64,000 nucleotides of DNA, from the NCBI RefSeq assembly GCF_004010195.1, contig NC_057719.1, forward strand, positions 66,676,421 through 66,740,420, in the 5' to 3' direction. The translations under genes were made by a program, and so were the position numbers. A model generated the notes under the pieces. The model did not search any database, was not told where the DNA came from, and saw only the letters and a program-made list of their open reading frames with translations. The stretch is from Chiloscyllium plagiosum. Lineage: Eukaryota. Positions 53,031 through 64,000 of this stretch are shown one piece after another; the first letter of the stretch is position 1, and the number at the start of each line of letters is the position of its first letter.

Positions 53031-53054
53031 CCCAGCAAATGTAGTAGCATAGTA

Positions 53055-54160
53055 GTAGCATTTATTTCCCATTTCTAATTGCACTTGAAGAAGTAGTGGT
53101 GAGACAGCTTCTTGAACTGTTGCAGTCCATTTAGTTAAGATACATCTACATTACTGTTAGTAGGGGAGTTTCAGGATTTTAACCCAGCAACAGCACACGA
53201 ACAGTGAAATAGCTCCAAGTCAGGATTTTGTGTGACTTAAAGGAGTGCTGTTCCCAAGCATCTAGTGTCCTTGTCCTTCTAGATGGCAGACATTATGTGT
53301 TTGCAAGGAGCTGCCGAAGGAGCCTTAGTGAGTTGCTACAGTGCATCTTGGATATTATACATATGGTAGTTGCAGTGCTCTGGTGATGGAGCAATTTCTT
53401 TTCTGTGGGGTACACAGGGCTTCTTTCTCTTGATTGTTGTCTAGTTTGTTGACTATTGTTACAACTGCCTGACAAGTGGAGATGACTCCGTCAACTCCTG
53501 ACTTGTGCCTTGTAGAAAATGGATGGGGTCTGCGAAGTTGAAAGATGAGTTATTGCAAAATTCCCAGGCTTGACTTGCTCTTATATTCATGATGGTTATG
53601 TGACTAGTCTATTTAACCTTTAGAGGTAAAAACAATGACTGCAGATGCTGGAAACCTTCTTCTGGATCAGTGGTGCTGGAAGAGCACAGCAATTCAGGCA
53701 GCATCCGAGGACAGGCAAAATCGACGTTTCGGGCAAAAGCCCTTCATTAGGAATAAAAAGGGTCAATGGTAGTATGCAATATAATTATGGTGTGATATTC
53801 AGTGGTGATCATTCATTGAATGTCAATAGATGGTTAGATTTTCTCTCTTGTAGATGGCACTTCTTTTATGTGAATGTTCCCACCTACTAGCCTGAACATG
53901 AGTGGTGTCTGGGCCTTATGGTATGTATGGTAACATCTGTATGGTAATGTGCTTTATGACCTGCATATGGTGCTGAACACTGCAGTCGCCAACAAACATC
54001 TCTATGCTGATCTTTCTTACTGGAAACAAGCTTATTGATGAAGCAGCTGGAGATGGTTGGGCCTAGGACATTGCCCTGATGAATTTCTGCAGCACCATTC
54101 TGGGGCTGAGATGATTGGCCTAAAGCAAGTTCAACCATCTTAATTTGTGTTAGCTATGAG
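53055..54160 (-). mobile_element. Old non-LTR retrotransposon (CR1/L2 superfamily), 3' part
   Basis: ORF 53887-54138 (QGNVLGPTISSCFIN); 3' tail similar to 27903-28000. Confidence 0.75.
53622..53754 (-). mobile_element. Hammerhead-motif short retroposon copy (related subfamily)
   Basis: Minus strand reads CTAATGA-A-GGGC-TTTT-GCCC-GAAAC-GTC-GATT: perfect stem II, G5 changed to A. Confidence 0.85.
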
Positions 54161-54506
54161 TGAGTAATAGGAAGACAAAAAAGTCACAACCCCAGCTTCT
54201 AAATCTGTTATGTTTACTGCCTCAAAGGGATCACAATGCTGGGTGTTCCTTCCATGATCTTAATATAGGACTAAGATGTAAAAGGCAAGTCATAGAATAA
54301 AGAGTACAAAACTGAAAATTAGTTATTTTTGGACAGAAATCTCGTTTGGAGTTGAGAGGCAATTTCAAATCTTGAATTTTAAATGTAACTTTACTCAAAT
54401 CCGAGTGAACAAACTAGTTAATTAATGTGGATTTTGCAATTGACAGCGAATTGTAGTCCAAGGTTTGGAAATGACAGTGAGCTTTCCTTTTTCTCTTACA
54501 AAACAG

Positions 54507-54551
54507 AAAGAAAGACTACGCCAAAGGGAGGCGAGTGTCATCACAGACTGA
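54507..54551 (+). CDS. FMN1: Formin-1, coding part of the last exon
   Basis: Pyrimidine tract plus cag acceptor ending 54506. KERLRQREASVITD then TGA (54549-54551), matching the FMN1 rather than the FMN2 C-terminus. Confidence 0.93.
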   Translation, partial: KERLRQREASVITD

Positions 54552-57129
54552 AGGAAACCTCAAAGTGAAAGAGTCCTGTGACTTGATTATTGCATTCAAT
54601 CGGAATTTGAGGGATGTTCCTTGAAAAACTTGCACATCTTCATGCTGCTTATCCCCCGATGCCAACACACCAAGGAGGTTTCCAATTCCATGACAACATC
54701 AAGAGAGCCTTCATACATTCTTGATTATAGTTGTCACAGGATCTATATGTTCTGCCCTCACCAAAGTGAGATTTCAATGCTTGGTTCAAGTTGTGTCTAA
54801 TTGTTGTATATCCCATAGAATTCCAGCAAAGGGATTCTGGAATCTAAAAATATCAATATGCTATCGCTTCCAAAAGCTATTCTCTCTCTTGCAACATCAG
54901 TGGATTATAGTACGCTGTGCTACAATGTGACTTGGGGTTAGACACAGTGTTCTTAAAAATTTAATCAAACATTGAAATTGTATAATGTTCCAGTTGTAGC
55001 TGCTACAGAGTTCAAAAATAATGTAAATGTTATGTTTTTGCAGTTACACATTTTGCAAAATGTGTTTGACCAACCAAATGAATAAACCGACTCTGTAATA
55101 TCCCCCTCATTACCATGCACATTGGTTTTCAAAGCATAGATTATCAACTATGCACCTAGAAGCCTATTTAAAAAGTAATCCAAAGTCAAACTTATTAAAG
55201 TTTCAAGAAAAAAAAAGTGATTTGGAATTGAAACACATCAATGCCCACTGGGTGTTTTGTCTCTTTTATCTCTGCCAAGAGATATTCAATCAAAATTGAA
55301 TTTCTTGTCAATAATATGAAGGAATAGTGTGAATAATGTTCATGCCAACAGTTATGTGATATTTCATGAATTTGAACATTCACTCACATTTTGAGGAAAG
55401 GAGACTTTCAGCAGATTCTGAGGTCTGGATGGTTACCAGAATTTTTAATCTGCCTCATTACCCAATTTCTCATTATTTCTCCATCTCACACAAACTGGGC
55501 TTTTGTCTGCCAGTCCAATAAAAGATTGCTTCATAACTACTTGTTTGGATGGTGCCCTAACCTCAGCAAGGAAGGACTCCAGTTTGGTGGACTGGCAACA
55601 GTGAGTGTTAGTAATGTAGGATCTGTAGTCCGATGAGCATAAATTGCTTCATCTTATACTATCACTGATGCAAAGAAAGCTAGGAATTTTGGAGAGACCA
55701 AATTTACTGCTGGCAAAAATTGTATTAAAGCCAACAACCACTACTTAAAGGTAGTACGTTTGTGCTGATAATCATGTCCTCCCTGACTTTCTTTCTTTCT
55801 TAGGGATTTCAATCCTTTCAAACTTTTCTGTTCAATATCATTCTTCCATTCATAAAGACCTTGAATGTACTTGAGATCTCTACCTTCTGCATTTGCGAGA
55901 AGCTATAATTAACTTGTCAGCCTACATAGCTTTCAACAACCAGATGTCAGCTGTATTGCAAACTGACCCTAACCTATAGAAGATCTACAATATTTTTGAA
56001 GTGACCTGGCAGATCACTGTATGTATTCCGCAATTTGAACACGTGAAGCTCAACTGCCCAAAGGTTTTGTAGTAATTCTTATAGAATGTTAAGAAGGCTT
56101 GCAAATATTCTTTTAAAATATTGCTTTCAGCAATAATTTATTTTATATATTATGTTATTATAAACCGTAAGCCTGGTATAACCAATACATTCTGGCCAAA
56201 ATTAATAAGTAAAATGTTTGATTCAGTTCCCAGAAAGATGGATGCTGTTGCTGATTTTCTGAAATGCAGGGAAATTGTGACGGTATGAAGTGGAATATGG
56301 AGCTAAATAAGTGAATGTGGAGCTAAAAAGCAATACCTATATTCAATTTATATTTTACAGTCGCTAAAATAGGTTCCATTCAATGTTTTAAAATTTATTT
56401 TGGTATACACAATTGATCTTTGCAAGGTTTTGAGAAGAAAATGCATCTTTGATCTTTGGGATAAAAACACCTTTTTATTGTTAGCACATTTATCAATATA
56501 ATATTCACATCACAAATTCAAAGTCAATATTATTAACTGCTGTAGTTTTAATCCACATGCATAAAATAGTTCTCTTGTTGTCAAAGAGCTAATAAATTGT
56601 GTGATGAATTAATGTATACAAAAGACATATGGAAGGGAGACGTGTCCATTCAAAAATAAGCAGAAAAATCTAAATAGCACTTGATTGCATTTTGTTCAGC
56701 AATAGATATTGCTGAACATTAACTTCTAATATATTTTTATATAGAATATGTGTCATGTGAATGACATGGCAGCTTGATCCATTTGCCATAAATAAAACAG
56801 GTTAATAGGTAATATTTACTATACCTTTAGAATTATGAATATGGTTTATAATAATATCAATGTTCTCAGTTGACTATCTCCAAGTGTTTTAATAATGATT
56901 ATTCAAAATAGAATTATTTTATTAAAACATCCTATATGTAGGATGGAAATCCAAGATGTATAATATATGTGGGGATATAGTTGTGAAGGTTGTTTACTAT
57001 ATTATGCCTTTATAGATCTGTTCGTGGTTTGGTGTGTTAATAACCATAGAGAACATGAATGTAGATTCAGTTCTTGGTTTGTGTTAAGTTCTGTGGCCAC
57101 ACACAGGATAACTGAAGGGGTAATGGAAG

Positions 57130-57300
57130 AACCTTCAGTGTCTTTGAGCTGATGAGGGGTAAAACTAGCCTGAAATGTCACATATGATTGCTAAATGGTG
57201 ACCCCTTCTGGAATGTGTGAGAGTAGGACTGAGCTCAGCCATGATGCCTGTCATTGGCCTCTCATAACCTGCCAAAATTTACTGTCTAGGCTTGCACTTT
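57130..57300 (+). mobile_element. Old SINE-like fragment
   Basis: GC-richer island (ggtgacccct...ctgtctaggct) resembling elasmobranch SINE sequence from memory only. Confidence 0.35.
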
Positions 57301-60300
57301 TTAAAAAAAAGATCAATTGAACAACATACTTGATGACTCATCATACCCAAAGAATTCTACATTCCAACACGAAGCAAAGAAATTGTGAATGGAGTGGTAT
57401 TAAATCTCATCAAAATGTTTTTGTTATTTTCTTTAGTTCAGTAAAAAGCCCTGAGCATATTTCTTTAATCAATTTAATTGCTTCTTTCTTCAGCTGTTAG
57501 AATAGTACTTATTGATTTCCTAAATATGTGGCTCCTTGATCAAAAGATGTTAATTTTATTCATTTTATACAACTAAAATTCTAACTATGATGTACGATTA
57601 ACATTGTGTAGTAAAGAAACAAATGTTTTGTTTAAGTCTTATTAGAGATGTATTCAAACATAAATACTTACAATTTTTATAGCCAAAAACTGATATTCAA
57701 ATATACTATTCCTAAAAATAATATCAGCTGCAAGAGATATAGAATATTTGTTCAATTAGCAAAGAAAATGGAACAAAATTCGAGATGTTTGCAACTGTAA
57801 TTTTAAACTGCATTGTTTAAAGGATTCTTTACATTGAAATGTAGAAACTAATAATCTAAGGATATATTGATTATAATCTATGTGAACTATTTTGCAGTTT
57901 TGAACAAAAATATCCTGTATGTGCCAGGTGCAGCAAAGTTGTAAACTTTCCCTCATAAACAATGTTATGATTTAAATCCACATGGGTTTATTACCTGTTG
58001 ATAGCTATATGTTATATGTGCTCGGATCAAGAATACTGCTACTGACTTAATTTTTTATGCAAACGTATTGATTGTAAACAAAATGGCTATTGTTATGTTT
58101 CAGCTGGATATGCTTCTCAAGTTAACAGATTTGAGATCTCAGTCACACTATTGCAAAGACCCACATTTCCTTTGTCTTATATAAAAGAAATATACTAGTG
58201 TCTGTTAACATTGTTGCAAGCTCTATTTCATTTTACTCAGTAGTCACCTTGGATTTATGATTGTCATGAAATGCGCCTATCAGACTTTATTACTTTCAAT
58301 CAAAAGCATTGTCTGTAGATATTTCTTGGTGCACTTTAGAATAAAATTACCAATTTCTTAATATCTATGTTAATCAATTTATGCTTCTGTTACAGTTGTC
58401 ATAGGAATAGGGATTCGAAGGTCCATGTAAAGAATAACAAACAATAAGAAGATTGATTGACAGTAAAACAAGGGCAGATGAAACATATTGTGCCTGAAAT
58501 TATTGTAATCACAGCTGAAGAAAGTTTAGCGAATATCATTATCCTTTTTGTAGCATATTAAATGTTATGAATAATTTTGCACAATATTTTATTTGTTTAC
58601 TAGTTCTGGATGATGTCGCACAACACCATGTTGGTTTGATCTCAAAACACTGAATAAGAAGCAATGCAATGCTTTAGGAAAATGAAAAAAAAGGAATATA
58701 ACTACTTTCTTTACAAAATGTAAACAAAATCCTGGTGATAAGTTGTTATGAAGTGCAGCCTGTAGTATTGAAAAGAGCATGGTGGAGGCTTGATATATAG
58801 TTCTAAATTGGAAAGTAAACTTGAGTAACATTTTTTGTCATGATCTTGATTGATTCCAGAAAGTAATTGAAAAGTGGCTGATCTAAAATTGTTGCTAAGA
58901 TCCAGTGTCATTAGATCATCCGTTGTGTAAGTATTTTCTGTGACTTCAAAAAGACATGTTGCTATTAGCAATACAAATTAGAAGCTCACAATGGGCCACT
59001 GAACTTGTAAGTGACCTGTGAGCTGCTAAGTTTGGCCAAGAGTTTAAACTTTAACTTGGGCAACTTCTAATATTTGAAACCTAACGTCAGTCAGAATAGG
59101 TACAAAAGTTAAATCAGGTCAGTACTCAGACTTGGTCTAATTTCAAAAGCATGTCAACCAGGATGTATGTTTGTTGATGTAAATGATTCTAACAGAATTG
59201 GTCCAGTTGAGACATATTAATGTAAGATCTTTTAAATTTAAAGTATTCAAAACGAATATAAAAAATAAACCAAAGACATTCGGATGCTGAAGATCTGATA
59301 CAAAATCAAATTCAAAAACAGTAACAAAATTGCTTCTCCAGCATTTTCTGTTTTTTATCCAAACATAATATCAACCATTCTGTCCCATTTGTAAAGAGAA
59401 GGACACTATTAACAGAATCATAAGCTTAGATCTGCATTTGTACCTCAATTAAAACTGTTTTGCTGTGTTCTTTTAATTGTGTCTCAACTAAATAAACCAA
59501 ATTCATATAAATTGTGACGATTAAAGGTTAATATTACACTTTATGAAGAATGTCTTTTACAAACACTGATGACTTTATTGGGATCTAATAAAATGCATGA
59601 GCTATTTTGTAGGTATTGTGATGATTTGGTGGATGAGTTGGTGTAGATCATCCAAAATACATTTTATAAAGGAGAATGTCTGAAGTAGATTGAATTGTTC
59701 AAAGTTTGATTCATTGGAATGTTATCATTTGTCTTTTTCTGTAAAACTACATCACAGTTGAGTTTATCTTATGGAGTTGTATTGGGAGAGCAAGTGTTAA
59801 CAACTGATCATGCTAAACAATATTTAATAATGCTGATTGCAAGAACTGTTCAAAATGTTTTTAACAGAATTGACTGTTAAACATGTAATCTTTGATTCAA
59901 GTTAACACCAGAAATTACATGAACTAGCCCTATTTGTTTCATACACAGTTATACAATGTGTTTTGAAGTACCGTTGGTGAATGATCTGTTTCAGCCCTTT
60001 AGTCATAAATTAAGTACATTTTATGATGGAAAAGAAACCACAGGAGTGAGCAATGTATTAAAATCACAGCAAGGAACAAATTCCTAGTGAGAATAAAATG
60101 GAGCTCAGTACTTAGGAAGGTAGATTTTATTTGTGTACTAAGCGTTAACATGGCATATAAAACGCTTGGAATGAAATCTGATTCTATTCAATTACAAAAT
60201 CTTTATGACTTCTTGGTTTTGCTTACCATAACTGGATGAGGCTCTGAAGATAAGCTAATTCAACAAAAGCCTGCAGTTTATGCCATAAAATGAGTACAGC

Positions 60301-60889
60301 AATTACAATGTACAATAAGCATTAATACACACAATGCTCATTGTTTAATGTTATTGACTCAAACTAATTAATTGCTACTAATGATGCCTGGCTATAGCAA
60401 GCAGAACTGTCATGCTTATAGCAGAGCAGCAAGACAAATAGGCTGCATTGCCTTCTCAGTGAGTATGTGCCTCCACTGTTGTGTATGTTTTCCAGACTCA
60501 TGCAGTTAAATAACAATGTGATTTTTTTCCCCCATCTACTTCAAAATGTATCCTTCACAAGCCTCAAGAAAACCGGTACGAAATGAGTTGGCTTCCAAAT
60601 TTTCTTTTTGAGCATTTTATATGAACTAACTGCTCAAAGTTTGAAATTCTTCCCAGTGACATCAAGCTCAAATTTATTTAATTAAATTTAGCTAATACTA
60701 TTTTGAATTCATATTGTGTAATGCAGAGGTCACAAGTTTGAAATCATTATCTTTGGTATGAATAGCTTTCACTTCACAATGAAACATGCGACTTAATACT
60801 TTTATTCTAAAATGAAGACCAATCTACCACAAACAGGGGTAAACAGCCTGGTTATTCATTACCATCTTTCATTTTTACTTTGTTTTTAT

Positions 60890-61700
60890 CATTTATTGTC
60901 ATCATTATCTATGCTCTGCCCAAGATAAGTCCACTTTTCATATTGGTCTTTCCATAATTATTTATCCTGTGCCAGTCTTTTCATTTGCCTACTTCATTTT
61001 CAATTGATATCCTCTTTCTTCTTTTTTTTTATCTGCAATCTCCCTCCTCCATAATATCTCTTTATAATCTGTTTCCTACAAAGATGTGTCCTAGCCACAT
61101 TCTTTGTCTTTTCCTGATTACGTTCAGTAAATTTTATTCATTTTCCTCAGCACATCTTCATTTGCACCTTTTTCTGTATAACCCATCCTCTCCATTTTCT
61201 TCCGAGTCCCATTGCTGTTTAGCAATTTGACTCTATCTGTAACATCCACATCTCAAATCTGTACAAAACACTCCAAATCAATTTCTTTACAAGACACTTG
61301 TCCAGTTCACAACCCTCTCTTCTTACCAAATACGGCCTTTCCCAATAGCTTCCTTGCTGTTATTTCTTTGTTACACCTTCTATCTATAGATATGATACTT
61401 CCTGAATACTTGAATTATTTGTCCTTGTTCTAATATCTTCCTTTATGAATATACAAATATATATTTGATAAATGCCTCACTTTAATTTTGTCAGTGTTCA
61501 GTTTCATTCCAAAGTTCATGTCTGCTGTTACAGACCTTATTGACTCACTCTTATAATCTTTCTTCTGTGCTTGCTGCCAAAGCAGTACCATCTGCAAACC
61601 AAATGTTTGTCATACACCAGTTGTGTATTTCAGTTCTTTCCCTTGACACTCCAGATGTTGTGCTCTACGTACCTGAGAGAACAACTGGGATGTTCTGAGG
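60890..61700 (-). mobile_element. Old RTE-like LINE RT C-terminal fragment
   Basis: Frameshifted minus-strand motifs NIWFADGTAL, FKYSGS and RKRQRMWLGHI. Confidence 0.55.
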
Positions 61701-61902
61701 TGTGCTGTTTTCAGCATGAAAGAAACTCAAGGATGGCTGTCATTCCTACTGTGTGGAAGCTGCTGGGTTCTTTTCCCCACCTCCTCAGTATAAAATACTT
61801 AAGATGAGGATTTCAATAATGTGGACCTTTACAAACAGTAACCTATATCCTACACATTTGTGTCACTGTACATTGATGTTTCAGTGCATTGACCAGATTA
61901 AT

Positions 61903-62077
61903 TGACTAGCTCAGTTGGCTGGATGGTTGGTTTCAATTTCCAACAGTGCAATCTCAAAGTCCTTTTTTAACCTCTCCCCTCCTCTAAGGCATGGTGACCC
62001 TCCTGTTAAACCACCATCAGTTATCTCTCTGATGAGAGACAGCCATCTGATCCCCTGGGATTATGGTGGCTTCACTG
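61903..62077 (+). mobile_element. Short tRNA-derived SINE-like repeat
   Basis: A-box-like tagctcagttggctggatgg followed by ggtgaccctc...ttaaaccacca. Confidence 0.45.
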
Positions 62078-63328
62078 ACCAATGTGCTGTATGTTCATCC
62101 CCGAAGTGTAATATATAAAAGAAGCAAAATGAAAAATGGTAAATTCTTTACAGTGAAAAGCTGCAAGTCCACTATACACACTACTAACGATACTAAATAA
62201 GGAGACAAAATACCGTCGCTTTTTATAATTGTGGTAGTAGTTACACTTATTGGTCTTTATTTGTTCTGCTTGAGGGCACATTTCAAGTATCACAAAAAAA
62301 AGTCAAATTAACACACACCCAAAGGGAGACTATAAACATTGAGGAAAAACAATATTGTATGAAGCATTGGATCTGATTTCTGGCCTCACTACCTGTGTAG
62401 TAATAGATGGCAAGAGTGGATTGTATACCATCTATAGAACCTGCCTGATATCCACTGCATTAATTAAAATGGTGAAAATTGGTCAGGTCGAATAAAGCTA
62501 TGACTAGCTACACCATACATTATCACACAGGCCATGAAGCTGAAATTCTATCCCATAGTGCTGCTGTTCAGAGTTACATACATAAGACCTTTTGCAATCT
62601 GCATGTTAAAGCTGCCTGTTGATTAGTAATATGTTTTAATAACAGATCATGTTGAATATTTAATAGTACTGAGTGGTTTGACAAAAACACTTTTGTTTCT
62701 CTGAGTCTGAAAGTCCTATACACATTCAGTGGTCGGTTATAGATCTAGGATACTTACAATGCAACTAATCTTCTGCTAGTCAAAACAGTGAGTGTAAATT
62801 GTGTGTGAGAAGGTGGATGTTGCCTGGGCTTGTTGGATTTCCCACCTCTTTTTACTCCTACATATATGTCAATGAAAGTATACATGATGTGCTGCAAATT
62901 TCAAAGCTAAACTATTGGATGTTTCATCAGTTCACATGGATTTTAACTTCAAGCTGCTAGAGATAGCTTGGAATTATTTTAATTAATCTACAACAAACAA
63001 TGCCAAAATTACCTCCCTTTTGGTCAACCATGTAATATTATGGGCTGAATAAAATCTCGCAATGAAACAAATTAATTATTAAATACCCATAACTTTCAGA
63101 ACAAAAGCCTTGAAATAATTATTTAAATATTCATATCCTTCTTATTGACTATTCACATTCCACACAGTGGAAATTATCAACTTGGGGGTTTGGATTTCAA
63201 TCCAGTTCCTTGAACAAAATAAAGATAGGAGGATACAAACATGTATAAATGTGTATGTCCCAGTATTTTTGCCTATGAAATATAATGTGATAAATTGCTG
63301 AATGATGTTAGTAGTAATAACTGTTGCT

Positions 63329-63844
63329 TTAGTTGAGGTCTATGGAAATGCAACGACACTGTTTAACTCTCTGGATTCTTTTCTTCTTAATTGATGGCTG
63401 CAGGTCAGGACAGTTAAGGGTAACTGTCATGGTGGTGAATCTCTTAGGCTTGCAGAAAGAGCAGGACTGAAAGGAGCCCTCCTCCTTGCGGACATGCCTT
63501 GGTATGTAAAAGGAATTGCACTGGCCGTAGCAGAACCTATTGATGATGGTGCGGCTGTTGCAACCCTCTTCGTGGATTGTTTGCTTGAGGGGCTGTGTTT
63601 TGCACCAGTCCCGTTTCAGGTACTTCCTCTCGGTGACATGCAGCGCCTCATGACTCGACTCCAAGACCTCATCCACGTTACTCCGGTTCCCAGCCTGCTC
63701 GGAATTGTTTGGCTGCCCTTTGTCTGGGGATGGGATTACCCCTTGGGAGCTACGATTCCTCTTCTTCCCAGCTCCCTCGGTGGTACCCAACAGAAAACCC
63801 CATAGGAACAGAAAAATACACAGTGCGCACAGAGTTCGGGTCAT
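63329..63844 (-). CDS. GREM1: Gremlin-1, DAN-family secreted BMP antagonist, 171 aa, single coding exon
   Basis: Signal peptide MTRTLCALCIFLFLWGFLLGTTEG, then EVLESSHEALHVTERKYLKRDWCKTQPLKQTIHEEGCNSRTIINRFCYGQCNSFYIPRH...CSFCKP...VKQCRCISIDLN (cystine knot). ATG at 63844-63842 sits 1 nt after the splice acceptor tttccccag. Convergent synteny with FMN1. Confidence 0.97.
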   Translation of the reverse strand: MTRTLCALCIFLFLWGFLLGTTEGAGKKRNRSSQGVIPSPDKGQPNNSEQAGNRSNVDEVLESSHEALHVTERKYLKRDWCKTQPLKQTIHEEGCNSRTIINRFCYGQCNSFYIPRHVRKEEGSFQSCSFCKPKRFTTMTVTLNCPDLQPSIKKKRIQRVKQCRCISIDLN

Positions 63845-64000
63845 TCTGGGGAAAGAGCACAAAATGTATTTAATGATATGCCCATTTGTAATTGCTTGTC
63901 AATTTTGTTTTACTGCATACAATGACTTCATGCTTGATTACACATTGTTCTTGAAGGAATTATTTAATCCTAAATCAATCCCCTTCTTCATAGCATAATC

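Noticed and set aside
57150..57170. ctgatgaggggtaaaac as a hammerhead
   Set aside because: No stem II and no GAAA; chance match. The same applies to ctgatga at about 39691 and 62029.
5458..62293. Remaining short ORFs (60-150 aa) as host genes
   Set aside because: They are either TE fragments already listed or lack domains, splice support and ATG starts.
3107..63844. Assignment as the paralogous FMN2-GREM2 locus
   Set aside because: The formin tail SLKERLRQREASV and the gremlin motifs KRDWCKTQPLKQTIHEEGCNSRTIINRF...CISIDL match FMN1 and GREM1.
63845..63862. N-terminal extension MCSFPR of the GREM1 ORF in the track
   Set aside because: It starts at a non-ATG codon inside the polypyrimidine tract and acceptor (ttttgtgctctttccccag); the real start is the ATG at 63844.
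63494..63998. Plus-strand ORFs overlapping GREM1 (103 aa and 97 aa)
   Set aside because: Antisense shadows of a real CDS with no recognisable domain.

Overview
Eukaryotic, AT-rich vertebrate DNA, almost certainly from a cartilaginous fish: it carries HE1/V-SINE-type and Deu-domain SINEs, CR1 LINEs and Penelope-like elements, and is probably a shark. The window is the 3' end of the FMN1-GREM1 ('limb deformity') locus. The last three coding exons of FMN1 (formin-1) lie on the + strand at 3107-3256, 41064-41145 and 54507-54551; they are missed by the ORF track and splice in frame to ...KERLRQREASVITD*. The single coding exon of GREM1 (gremlin-1, 171 aa) lies convergently on the - strand at 63329-63844. 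The large FMN1 introns hold layered transposon relics: CR1 and other non-LTR retrotransposons, Penelope-like elements, SINEs, a Gypsy LTR element with both LTRs, and Harbinger-like remnants. Main points of interest: (1) several families of short dispersed retroposons carrying minimal hammerhead-ribozyme motifs, with target-site duplications and in two cases long fold-back hairpins; (2) a Hox13/TCF/E-box/GLI-like motif cluster next to the FMN1 exon at 3107-3256, a candidate orthologue of the deeply conserved Grem1 fin/limb enhancer; (3) two independent cases of a Deu-domain SINE-like sequence running directly into a LINE endonuclease N-terminus; (4) a dense MEIS/PBX site array. No database searches were run, so family names come from recognising motifs.
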